Virus record (IMG/VR): IMGVR_UViG_2728369554_000009
Span: 1 to 40,186 of that record
DNA: 40,186 nucleotides
Direction: 5' to 3' (one strand)
Source: a virus
Taxonomy: Duplodnaviria; Heunggongvirae; Uroviricota; Caudoviricetes
Shown here: one piece after another, positions 25,834 to 33,562 of the stretch
How the letters are laid out: each line of letters opens with the position of its first letter
How positions within the stretch are numbered: the stretch's first letter is position 1
Notes under the pieces: generated by a model
Told to the model about the DNA's origin: nothing
Database searches by the model: none
What the model saw: only the letters and a program-made list of their open reading frames with translations
Translations under genes and position numbers: made by a program

Positions 25834-28800
25834 TGCCGTTCTATCCTGTATCTGAATCAAACAATAACGGATTTATTTCTGCTGGTCTCGCCATTCCTGA
25901 ACCTGATGAACAGAGTTTTGATGTGCATCCGCCAGAAGGTAAGAACCCTGAACCTCGTCCCAAAGAGCCTTCATTGCTTGCCGCAGCAATACGACAGAAC
26001 AATATTCTGGCTGGTTTTTTCCGTCCTGCCAGACAGTTTGAACCGGTCGAAGGTTATAACCCATATGCTGATAAAAATGAGTTGCACGGTTATGAATACT
26101 GGGGGGCGAAATTTGCAGATTCCCGATCGCCAGAGGAAACGGCGTGGATTAAGCAGCAGATAGATGATGAAAATGAAGACAGACGTTTATTGTCTGATGC
26201 TGGCGTAGTTGGAACTCTTGCCAGTATTGCTGCAGGAATGGATCCGGTTACCGTTGCGTCAATGTTTATCCCCGGTGCTCAAGGAGGGGCACTGGCGCGT
26301 ATTGGCTCACAGATTGCGATTGGTGCTGCCGGTACAGCATTAAGCGAGGTTGTGCTGAATAATCAGCAAATAACACGCTCATGGGGTGAAAGTGCCGCTC
26401 ACGTTGCAGCGGGTGCGATGATGAGCGGCGTGTTTGCCAGTGCTGGTGTTGCGCTTTCGCCATCCGTCCGGGCTGCAGCCACGCGTGAGGTTGCTGATGC
26501 TCTTGATAATATGAGCATTACATCAGCGACTGACAGGGCTGCCGCTTCGCTTTCTGATGGTGGTAGTGTTGGTGCTATGAAAATTGATACAGCGACTCTG
26601 GATGATTTAACCCCTGTTTCCGGTGGGTGGGTTGGAAAGGCTGCATGGAAAGCAGGGAGCTATCTTACTCCTTTGACAAGGTTAATGGAGTCTCCGTCCA
26701 AGACAGTGCGAAAAACAACGCTGGAGTTAGCCGAAAATAATTTCACCCTTAAAGGAAATGAAAGGGGGATTGAAACACCGGTAGCTGTAGAAACCCGTAC
26801 ACGTGGATGGCAGCGTGAAGAAGCTGCTGTTGTTGTCGGAAATAAACAGGCATACGCAAAGTATAAAGCTGATGGTGGTGACATGAGTTTTGATTCATTT
26901 CGTCAGCAGGTTGGGAATGCTATGCGAAGCGGTGATGTGCATGCTAATCCTGTTGTTCAGGAAACGGCGCAGGCGATGCGAACTGTATTAAATCGGGTGA
27001 AAGTTGAAATGCAAAAGCTTGGTTTATTGCCGCCAGATGAAGAACTGAAAGCATTAGGCCAGGCAAGCTATTTCCCACGCATATATAAAGTTGGAAAAAT
27101 AATCAGTGAACGCGATAAATTTCGACGTATTTTGGTTGACTGGTGGTCGAGAGGAAATAAAACACTGGATCCTGAGGATGCTGAAATTGCAGCGGATATC
27201 GTAATTAATAAAATTACTGGTGCTAAGGTTCCACAGGATTTTGTCAGCGTATTTTCTGTAAAAGCCGCAGGTAGTACGAAAGAAAGAACATTAAATGTTC
27301 CTGATAGTCTTATCGGTGATTATCTTGAAAGTGATGTGAATTACGTGCTGCAACGTCATATCCGTGAAGCGGCAGCAGAAATTGAGTTGATGAGAACATT
27401 TGGCAAACGAACTATGACTGAGCGTCTGCAATTAATTGAGGACGAATATGACAGTCTGTTACGGGAAGTGCCTGAAAAAATAAAGGCGAAATATGACGAA
27501 AGTGTGGCAAATCTGAAAGCACGTTATGAGAGCAATGGTGAAGTTGTTCCTCAGGGTAAACTCGATTCATTAATGCGAAAGTACGAAAAGGAATTACGGA
27601 AAGAACAGTCCAGACTTTCAAAATCAAGAGCAAATGATCTCAGAGACATAACAGCATTACGCGATCGTCTTGTTGGTACATATGGGATGCCTGATGATCC
27701 GTCTTCGTTTTTTGTTCGTGCTGGCGCTTTTCTGCGGGATGTGAACTTCACGACCAAACTCGGTGGAATGACAGTATCAGCTATTCCAGATCTGGCCAGA
27801 GGGGTTATGGTTAATGGTTTCCGTAACACCATGAAAGGCTATGCTTCTCAGATATCCCAATCACCGGCATTTAAGGCCAGCAAAGAAGATATGTTGAAGA
27901 TGGGGATTGGATTGGAAGCTGTACTACATTCACGTTCTCGTGCAATTGGTGATCTTGTTGACAGTTCTTCCAGGACAACAGCAGTCGAAGCAGGAATGGA
28001 GCGAATTACTGATGCCTTCGGCAAGCTGACACTCATGGATCGATTTAATGACATAAACAAATCCATGAACGGAATGCTCACGTCAGACGGTATTTTGTCC
28101 GGTGCGTTTTCTGCACGTCGCATGGCAAAACTCGGTATCAACGACAATATGGCTGCGCGTATTCGCAGTGAGTTCGAGAAACATGGTGAGGTAATTGATG
28201 GATGGCACATTGGTAACTTTGATAAATGGGACGATCAGTACGTTGCCGGAGTATTCCAGTCAGCGGTTCTGAAAGACGTTAATAACACTATCATCACCCC
28301 CGGTATTGGTGACACACCTTTATGGGCGAGTACTCCAATGGGGCGAACGATATTTCAGTTTAAATCATTCACAACGGCTTCATACAACCGTGCGCTACTT
28401 GGTGGGTTACAGGAAGGAACTGCGCAATTTTATTATGGCACTGCATTTCAGATTGCTCTTGGCTCACTGGTCTATGCGCTTAAAGAAGCATCGAAAGGGA
28501 AAAATGTTGACTGGTCACCAGAGAAGCTGGTGCTTGAGGGTATAGATAGATCCGGTATTCTTGGGCCATTGATGGAATATAACAACATGGCTGAAAAGGC
28601 GACTGGTGGTGCTGTTGGGCTGGGGGCTTTATTTGGCACTGGCACACAGTCCAGGTATGCCAGTCGTGGATTCGTAGGATCTCTATTCGGACCGTCATTT
28701 GGTCTTGCGGATAGCATCATTGATGTGACCTCAGGAGTGTTGAATGGTGATGCCGGTGATCGTATTGTGCATAATGTCCGAACCCTGATACCCGGCAATA

Positions 28801-28853
28801 ACCTGTTCTGGATTGCGCCACTAATAAACCAAGTGGATCCGGTGATGCGTTAA
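25833..28853 (+). CDS. Large internal core / ejection protein (gp16 position)
   Basis: 1006 aa; last of the coupled run of large virion proteins. Confidence 0.65.
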   Translation: MPFYPVSESNNNGFISAGLAIPEPDEQSFDVHPPEGKNPEPRPKEPSLLAAAIRQNNILAGFFRPARQFEPVEGYNPYADKNELHGYEYWGAKFADSRSPEETAWIKQQIDDENEDRRLLSDAGVVGTLASIAAGMDPVTVASMFIPGAQGGALARIGSQIAIGAAGTALSEVVLNNQQITRSWGESAAHVAAGAMMSGVFASAGVALSPSVRAAATREVADALDNMSITSATDRAAASLSDGGSVGAMKIDTATLDDLTPVSGGWVGKAAWKAGSYLTPLTRLMESPSKTVRKTTLELAENNFTLKGNERGIETPVAVETRTRGWQREEAAVVVGNKQAYAKYKADGGDMSFDSFRQQVGNAMRSGDVHANPVVQETAQAMRTVLNRVKVEMQKLGLLPPDEELKALGQASYFPRIYKVGKIISERDKFRRILVDWWSRGNKTLDPEDAEIAADIVINKITGAKVPQDFVSVFSVKAAGSTKERTLNVPDSLIGDYLESDVNYVLQRHIREAAAEIELMRTFGKRTMTERLQLIEDEYDSLLREVPEKIKAKYDESVANLKARYESNGEVVPQGKLDSLMRKYEKELRKEQSRLSKSRANDLRDITALRDRLVGTYGMPDDPSSFFVRAGAFLRDVNFTTKLGGMTVSAIPDLARGVMVNGFRNTMKGYASQISQSPAFKASKEDMLKMGIGLEAVLHSRSRAIGDLVDSSSRTTAVEAGMERITDAFGKLTLMDRFNDINKSMNGMLTSDGILSGAFSARRMAKLGINDNMAARIRSEFEKHGEVIDGWHIGNFDKWDDQYVAGVFQSAVLKDVNNTIITPGIGDTPLWASTPMGRTIFQFKSFTTASYNRALLGGLQEGTAQFYYGTAFQIALGSLVYALKEASKGKNVDWSPEKLVLEGIDRSGILGPLMEYNNMAEKATGGAVGLGALFGTGTQSRYASRGFVGSLFGPSFGLADSIIDVTSGVLNGDAGDRIVHNVRTLIPGNNLFWIAPLINQVDPVMR

Positions 28854-28874
28854 TCAATATTTATTGGAGTTCTT

Positions 28875-29402
28875 TCAATGGCTGTTTATGGCTTCTAAAG
28901 AAGCTTCTGCACTTATCGGCAAAGCAATAGTATCCTTGTTAGATGTGCTATTGCTTTCCAGAACTATGGAAATCCAATCCTCTTGGTTTTCATTAATTGT
29001 GCTGACAGCCATGATAGCATTCAAATCATTTTTATATATTTCTGATCGAATAAGACCTTTCCTGAATAATTTAGTTAAGTTTTCAGCTATCGACATCGCA
29101 CGAATGCTAACTTTACTAAGCTCAATTGCGTCACTACCTGCGACTTTGGCGTGTTGAGAAAGAGCCATCAAAGCTATATGTGAAAATGTTTCTTCTTTTG
29201 AAAAACCGTTACTTAAAGACATGAGTGATACACCAGCTCCGTATGGGGTGAGTTTATATCCTGATACATTCAGTGCATGCTCTACAAAGGTAAGATCATC
29301 AGTTGTAGAAACATGCATATCGTTACTTTTTTGTTTTTTTGCAATAAATAAAAAAACAAAATTAATAATCACGATGCCGACGATGATTAAGAAAACTTCC
29401 AT
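28875..29402 (-). CDS. Membrane-anchored hypothetical moron protein
   Basis: 175 aa; N-terminal TM helix MEVFLIIVGIVIINFVFLFIA; gene is AT-rich relative to neighbours; SD GAGGAA; operator-like palindrome 29423-29437 just upstream. Confidence 0.55.
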   Translation of the reverse strand: MEVFLIIVGIVIINFVFLFIAKKQKSNDMHVSTTDDLTFVEHALNVSGYKLTPYGAGVSLMSLSNGFSKEETFSHIALMALSQHAKVAGSDAIELSKVSIRAMSIAENLTKLFRKGLIRSEIYKNDLNAIMAVSTINENQEDWISIVLESNSTSNKDTIALPISAEASLEAINSH

Positions 29403-29422
29403 TGCTTTTCCTCACAATAACA

Positions 29423-29437
29423 TTACCTTAAAGGTAA
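29423..29437. promoter_or_regulatory. Operator-like palindrome TTACC-N5-GGTAA
   Basis: TTACCTTAAAGGTAA ~20 bp upstream of membrane-protein moron start (29402). Confidence 0.5.
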
Positions 29438-29462
29438 TATTTTGTGCTAATGTGATCAAGTG

Positions 29463-29861
29463 TTAAGTGTATACCTCCTGCTGTTCAGTCGTGATTTTAC
29501 CCGGCAACACCTTTTTAGCTTTGCGCGGGTTAACCACATGGCCTTTAGTCCAGTACTCGTAGAGCACATCATCACACTCTTCCTGATACTGGATTACCTT
29601 ATCGCGGATTTCAGGGCGGACTTTGTTTGGACTGATGCTGTTCAACCAAGCTGCCAATTTTCGTAAAGCCATACAAATCATGGCTTGCACCCCTCCGGCA
29701 GAAGGTATGGTGATTTCCACCATACCCTTCGAGAAGCGTTGAGAAATCTTCTTATGTTGAGATTTCCAGTCTAGACCCATTCCCTCAACGATAGGTTTCA
29801 TTGGGGTGTACGGTTCGCCGTTGTGATTGACAACATAAAGTTCTACGCCGTGGAATGGCAC
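29463..29861 (-). CDS. Hypothetical phage protein (possibly regulatory)
   Basis: 132-aa protein-like ORF; start ambiguous (GTG 29861 or ATG 29801); divergent from antirepressor leader. Confidence 0.45.
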   Translation of the reverse strand: MPFHGVELYVVNHNGEPYTPMKPIVEGMGLDWKSQHKKISQRFSKGMVEITIPSAGGVQAMICMALRKLAAWLNSISPNKVRPEIRDKVIQYQEECDDVLYEYWTKGHVVNPRKAKKVLPGKITTEQQEVYT

Positions 29862-30008
29862 GTTGATAGTAGTGACAAGTTTGAAACATCGCTGGTTGTA
29901 AGCCAGCAGATGCTCGTTATTTTACATCGCGGTACAATTTCTCGCTGGTGGCTCTTTTATACACCTTAACCAAATATGGTTGATTTTGATATTTATCTTC
30001 GTCTATTA

Positions 30009-30023
30009 TTACCTTTTCGGTAA
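30009..30023. promoter_or_regulatory. Operator-like palindrome TTACC-N5-GGTAA at head of Bro-N antirepressor leader
   Basis: TTACCTTTTCGGTAA, followed by TTTACA-N17-CATAGT promoter-like hexamers. Confidence 0.5.
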
Positions 30024-30103
30024 ATTTACATCGCACTCCTCTTGTGCCATAGTAATCGGGCACTGGCAAAATCCAGTGCCGGGATTGGTCTCCCGGATTA
30101 CTA
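30009..30103. repeat. Left arm of perfect 95-bp inverted repeat (antirepressor leader)
   Basis: Reverse complement of 33103-33197 with no mismatches by eye; includes palindrome 30009-30023, -35-like TTTACA and two hairpins. Confidence 0.85.
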
Positions 30104-30290
30104 CAGAGGCACATATGCCGCATAAGCGGTTTTTTTATGTGTAAAGCGCACCTATTCTATGGTGGGCTGTGTGGGGGCACCGAAAGGTGCGCCGGGTTCC
30201 TTTGTAGCCGGTAAGACCAACTCTGCACAGTTCACCACCATCTGATTGGTCTCAGCGGTGGTGATTAACCTAACTACAAAGGTGATCGCC
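30024..30290 (+). ncRNA. Structured 5' leader / candidate sRNA upstream of Bro-N antirepressor gene
   Basis: Hairpins at 30059-30080, 30079-30096, terminator hairpin+T7 at 30118-30136, GAAA-tetraloop hairpin 30177-30190, 8-bp-stem hairpin 30232-30264; mirrored with compensatory changes in the AntA leader. Confidence 0.45.
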
Positions 30291-30983
30291 ATGAATACCA
30301 AACCTTCCATCTTTTCCTTTGAGTCATCCTGCCAGATCCGTATGTTCATGATTGACGGAGAACCTTGGTTTGTCACCAAAGATGTGTGCAATGCTTTGAA
30401 TATTGATGTTACACAAGCGAGAAAACTTGATAAAAAAGGCTGGAACAAAAAGGGGCTGTATTCAATACAGACCCCTGGTGGAATACAAGAACTATCCATC
30501 GTTTCAGAATCAGGTCTCTACATCCTTATTCTGCGTTGCAAAGAGGCAATGACTGAGGGAACGAGAGCATTCAGATTTCTTGAATGGGTTACAGGTGAGG
30601 TTCTTCCTCAGATCCGCCGCACCGGAAGTTACATTAAAAACTCGCTCCCGCAGGAAGAACGCATAAAGATGGTTGCCGACCAGGTAGCCAACGCCACGGC
30701 GTCAGCAGTAATGCAGGCGATGAAGATAGAGAACAAAACCTACAGTGCCCCGCTGAAGCCCGGCTACCGCAGCCTGATTCATTCTCCGTCTGGTGTTCTC
30801 GGCCTGACGGAGAACTCACTGCTGATGAATCTGCTGAACCAGTTACAGGAAGACGGGCACGATGTATCGGGCGCGGCGGCGGAGCTGACCACCATGTTCT
30901 GCTACATCGTCGGTGTGAGCAAATGCCTGCGTGATATCCAGACGCACGCGGAATACATCAACGACAAGGCAGGGTTCTTCTGA
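30291..30983 (+). CDS. Antirepressor-family protein: Bro-N domain fused to shared C-terminal (KilAC-like) domain
   Basis: N-terminus FSFESSCQIRMFMIDGEPWFVTKDVCNAL...ESGLYILILR fits Bro-N; C-terminal ~78 aa near-identical to C-terminus of 32255-32911 gene; ATG 30291 after AAAGGTGA. Confidence 0.7.
   Translation: MNTKPSIFSFESSCQIRMFMIDGEPWFVTKDVCNALNIDVTQARKLDKKGWNKKGLYSIQTPGGIQELSIVSESGLYILILRCKEAMTEGTRAFRFLEWVTGEVLPQIRRTGSYIKNSLPQEERIKMVADQVANATASAVMQAMKIENKTYSAPLKPGYRSLIHSPSGVLGLTENSLLMNLLNQLQEDGHDVSGAAAELTTMFCYIVGVSKCLRDIQTHAEYINDKAGFF
30741..30983. repeat. Left copy of ~243-bp inverted repeat encoding the shared antirepressor C-terminal domain
   Basis: Near-identical (a handful of substitutions) to reverse complement of 32255-32497. 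Confidence 0.85.
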
Positions 30984-31021
30984 CAGAACGGCGGCACAGG
31001 GACGTGCAAAACGAAACTAGC

Positions 31022-31033
31022 GTGACATGTCAC
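31022..31033. repeat. 12-bp perfect palindrome GTGACATGTCAC (copy 3)
   Basis: Between Bro-N antirepressor stop and terminator 31034-31058. Confidence 0.8.
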
Positions 31034-31058
31034 AGGCCGCTTTCGCGGCCTTGTTTTT
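31034..31058 (+). terminator. Intrinsic terminator after Bro-N antirepressor gene
   Basis: AGGCCGC-TTTC-GCGGCCT hairpin followed by TGTTTTT. Confidence 0.65.
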
Positions 31059-31218
31059 AACGAATGCCACCGCCACCCGGGCGGGAATCCGCAGAACGCC
31101 CACCGCAGCGGGAGCCGTCAGCAGCAGTGTCGCTGTCGTGCTGACAACGACCGGCAAAGGCCTGAGTTGAAGCTACCAGAGACAACAAAACGAACAGTGC
31201 AGCAAATGCTTTTTTCAT
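31057..31218 (-). CDS. Small predicted secreted peptide (tentative)
   Basis: MKKAFAALFVLLSLVASTQAFA signal-peptide-like N-terminus followed by ~31 aa with two Cys; weak SD; 3' end runs into the terminator hairpin. Confidence 0.3.
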   Translation of the reverse strand: MKKAFAALFVLLSLVASTQAFAGRCQHDSDTAADGSRCGGRSADSRPGGGGIR

Positions 31219-31299
31219 TGTGAAATTTCCATCTATAAACCACCTCAATGTGGCGTCAATGAGTGTAGCACTGACTTTTGTTTCGTCCATAAAAAACTA

Positions 31300-31812
31300 C
31301 TATGCAGGCTTTTTGGATTTGTACGAATAATCCCACGGATAAACATTTCTACTAAGTGGAGCTGTATTCGTTCGTTCATGAAATAATTTTGTGAAATTCA
31401 ATACGGAATCCATCCAAACTTTTGCGTTAGCTTTGGTGTGTGCGGGCGGGTCCCAATAAGCTAGTAAGGCTGCATCTCTTATTTCATTGACTGCATATAT
31501 GAGATATGCGTTACTGGTTGGTTTTGGCCTGTAATTTCCTTGTTCATCAATCAATCCATATGACCACTCATCCCAACACTGTTCAGTACATGAGTATGAA
31601 TATGATGCATATTCACCAATATTGACATGAACCTTTCTGAGATGGAAGCCTAATACTTCCTCTGGTCTTTCAAAAAGAGTATCTTTTCCCAGATCAGGAT
31701 GATGACCATGACGCCAGTGTTGTTTAAAAGCATCTTTTAGCGAAATCAGAAAGTCATCAGTTTTAAACTCACCAGTAGGTATAACCTTCCCGCTATACTC
31801 ACTCAAAAACAT
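31300..31812 (-). CDS. YafO-like putative toxin (AT-rich moron)
   Basis: 170 aa; PDLGKDTLFERPEEV...AYLIYAVNEIRDAALLAYWDPPAH parallels my recollection of E. coli YafO (PDTFGRDALYDD...AHLVYCQGAFDEQAWLLIAILKPEPH); SD GGAAGAGG; overlaps upstream gene by 14 nt. Confidence 0.45.
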   Translation of the reverse strand: MFLSEYSGKVIPTGEFKTDDFLISLKDAFKQHWRHGHHPDLGKDTLFERPEEVLGFHLRKVHVNIGEYASYSYSCTEQCWDEWSYGLIDEQGNYRPKPTSNAYLIYAVNEIRDAALLAYWDPPAHTKANAKVWMDSVLNFTKLFHERTNTAPLSRNVYPWDYSYKSKKPA

Positions 31813-32125
31813 CGAATTCCTCTTCCTTCATATGCGTTTCTAATGAGTTAAGCTGGCGGAAAGATATCTCTTTTGATTCTGCAGATGAGAGCTTTTTTAT
31901 CCGCTTTATATTCTTTGTGATAGGAATAGACATTGTATGCACATCAGCGGATGCTCTTGGCTTTGTGCTGATAAAAATATGGCGCAATGCCGCATTTTCA
32001 CTATTGAACGAGCCAATAGCTGATTTACGTGCTACAACCTTACCAGTAAAAATACGACTCTTGCTACGCTTTGCATGAGTTCCGCTTCTTACCGGACCTC
32101 TCATCACGAATCCAAGTTTTGTCAT
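31799..32125 (-). CDS. Basic hypothetical protein, upstream partner of YafO-like gene
   Basis: 108 aa, Lys/Arg-rich with acidic C-terminus EEEFDVFE; SD GGAGAT; operator-like palindrome 32168-32182 upstream; not recognisably a known antitoxin. Confidence 0.4.
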   Translation of the reverse strand: MTKLGFVMRGPVRSGTHAKRSKSRIFTGKVVARKSAIGSFNSENAALRHIFISTKPRASADVHTMSIPITKNIKRIKKLSSAESKEISFRQLNSLETHMKEEEFDVFE

Positions 32126-32167
32126 CTTTAATCTCCGGTAAGTTACAGGTATAAAATAAAAACAGGT

Positions 32168-32182
32168 TTACCTTTAAGGTAA
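32168..32182. promoter_or_regulatory. Operator-like palindrome TTACC-N5-GGTAA
   Basis: TTACCTTTAAGGTAA ~45 bp upstream of 32125 gene start. Confidence 0.5.
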
Positions 32183-32254
32183 TAGTACGCTATTCACCCC
32201 CGGTCTGCAATCTGTACAGAATTATTTAAAGGCACATCCCTGTGCCACCGCCCG

Positions 32255-32497
32255 TCAGAAGAACCCTGCCTTGTCGTTGATGTACTCCGCGTGGGTCTGG
32301 ATATCACGCAGGCATTTGCTCACACCGACGATGTAGCAGAACATGGTGGTCAGCTCCGCCGCCGCGCCCGATACGTCGTGCCCGTCGTCCTGTAACTGGT
32401 TCAGCAGATTCATCAGCAGTGAGTTCTCCGTCAGGCCGAGAACACCAGACGGCGAATGAATCAGGCTGCGGTAGCCGGGCTTCAGTGGGGCGCTGTA
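32255..32497. repeat. Right copy of ~243-bp inverted repeat encoding the shared antirepressor C-terminal domain
   Basis: Near-identical to reverse complement of 30741-30983. Confidence 0.85.
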
Positions 32498-32911
32498 TTC
32501 TTTTTTGTCTTCCAGCTTGATCGCCTCCATTATGGCGGGCATGAAGCCTGACAAGACCTTCTCCACTTTTGTTTCTTGTTGTCTTAAACGTTTCTCGCAT
32601 TCAATGAAGTAGCGTCGCACCTGGCGACCTTTTTCGTTACGCTCGACCATCGCCAGCTCTTTGGCTGTATCAAGGGTGAGGTGGTACTCTTTGCGGTTGT
32701 GGCCGCCTCTACCAGATGTTTGCTTTCCCAAATTGGAAAGCAAAATATAGTCTTGATTTTCAATGAATTCGTATTCTGATATGCGATTTGTAATCCATGC
32801 TGCAAACACCTTTTTAACACCTAAAAAAGCGTGCAGATCGCGGGCATTACAAAGTAGGGCTGTTTCGTTAGATATAGTGCCGTTGAATACGGGGATGAGT
32901 TGAGCGTTCAT
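32255..32911 (-). CDS. Antirepressor-family protein: AntA-like N-terminal domain fused to shared C-terminal (KilAC-like) domain
   Basis: N-terminus [28 protein letters not shown]...[22 protein letters not shown] fits AntA; C-terminal ~78 aa near-identical to the Bro-N gene. Confidence 0.7.
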   Translation of the reverse strand: MNAQLIPVFNGTISNETALLCNARDLHAFLGVKKVFAAWITNRISEYEFIENQDYILLSNLGKQTSGRGGHNRKEYHLTLDTAKELAMVERNEKGRQVRRYFIECEKRLRQQETKVEKVLSGFMPAIMEAIKLEDKKEYSAPLKPGYRSLIHSPSGVLGLTENSLLMNLLNQLQDDGHDVSGAAAELTTMFCYIVGVSKCLRDIQTHAEYINDKAGFF

Positions 32912-33182
32912 GATGGCGTCTCCACTTAGCGAATTACATCACCACCGCTGAGACCAATCAGATGGTGGTGAACTGAACGGAGTTGGTCTTACCGGCCTAA
33001 GTGGTACCGGCGTCCTTTCGGACCCCCATTCAGCCCACCATAATTCTGGCATGACTGTGCTATACGCATAAAAAAACCACGTCTGGCGTGGTATGCGCCA
33101 CTTAGTAATCCGGGAGACCAATCCCGGCACTGGATTTTGCCAGTGCCCGATTACTATGGCACAAGAGGAGTGCGATGTAAAT
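32912..33182 (-). ncRNA. Structured 5' leader / candidate sRNA upstream of AntA antirepressor gene
   Basis: Mirror of the Bro-N leader: same hairpins, terminator stem CCACG-CCAGA-CGTGG+T7 (33076-33090), GTCC-GAAA-GGAC (33012-33023), conserved hairpin 32939-32971. Confidence 0.45.
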
Positions 33183-33197
33183 TTACCGAAAAGGTAA
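33103..33197. repeat. Right arm of perfect 95-bp inverted repeat (antirepressor leader)
   Basis: Reverse complement of 30009-30103. Confidence 0.85.
33183..33197. promoter_or_regulatory. Operator-like palindrome TTACC-N5-GGTAA at head of AntA antirepressor leader
   Basis: TTACCGAAAAGGTAA; mirror of 30009-30023. Confidence 0.5.
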
Positions 33198-33228
33198 ATA
33201 TAAGCACTCCACTTGGTAATTGCAAACC

Positions 33229-33486
33229 TTATCTGGTTTGTTTTCGTAATTGTTCGGCACAATAGTCGAGATGTGTTTGCAGATCCTGCATAGACATCTG
33301 TGAGCTGGTGACGTAGTTAATCAGTGCAGTCAGTTCGGCAAGTGGGCCATCGACATTAAATCCATCCTTATCGAGATCCCGGAGTAATTTCATCAAGTGC
33401 GATCCCTCCACCAGTGACCTGACGCCTCCCGGCGTGTGAATCCTTTCGGTAAATCCGTCTTCCAGTGGATAGTGATACTGCTGCAT
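33229..33486 (-). CDS. Stand-alone paralogue of the antirepressor C-terminal domain
   Basis: ATG 33486 after GGAGAA; MQQYHYPLEDGFTERIHTPGGVRSLVEGSHLMKLLRDL...QTHLDY aligns at ~40% identity by eye with the shared C-terminal domain of the two antirepressor genes. Confidence 0.5.
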   Translation of the reverse strand: MQQYHYPLEDGFTERIHTPGGVRSLVEGSHLMKLLRDLDKDGFNVDGPLAELTALINYVTSSQMSMQDLQTHLDYCAEQLRKQTR

Positions 33487-33562
33487 CTTATCTTCTCCAT
33501 GCAATAACTGTATATTTATACAGTAGCAAATAATTTGTTTGCTATCCAGCACGTTTTGCAAA

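Noticed and set aside
29917-30123. 68-aa minus-strand ORF
   Set aside because: Overlaps the structured antirepressor leader and its terminator; sequence conservation there is explained by RNA/DNA elements rather than coding.
30009-33197. Invertible DNA switch (shufflon/G-segment-like) bounded by the inverted repeats
   Set aside because: No serine or tyrosine invertase gene is adjacent (the only recombinase is the integrase 29 kb away) and no hix/gix-like crossover sites recognised; inverted duplication with RNA-level function explains the data better. Homologous recombination between the arms could still occasionally invert the segment.
32939-33262. 107-aa minus-strand ORF
   Set aside because: Spans the mirror-image leader region; same reasoning as for 29917-30123.
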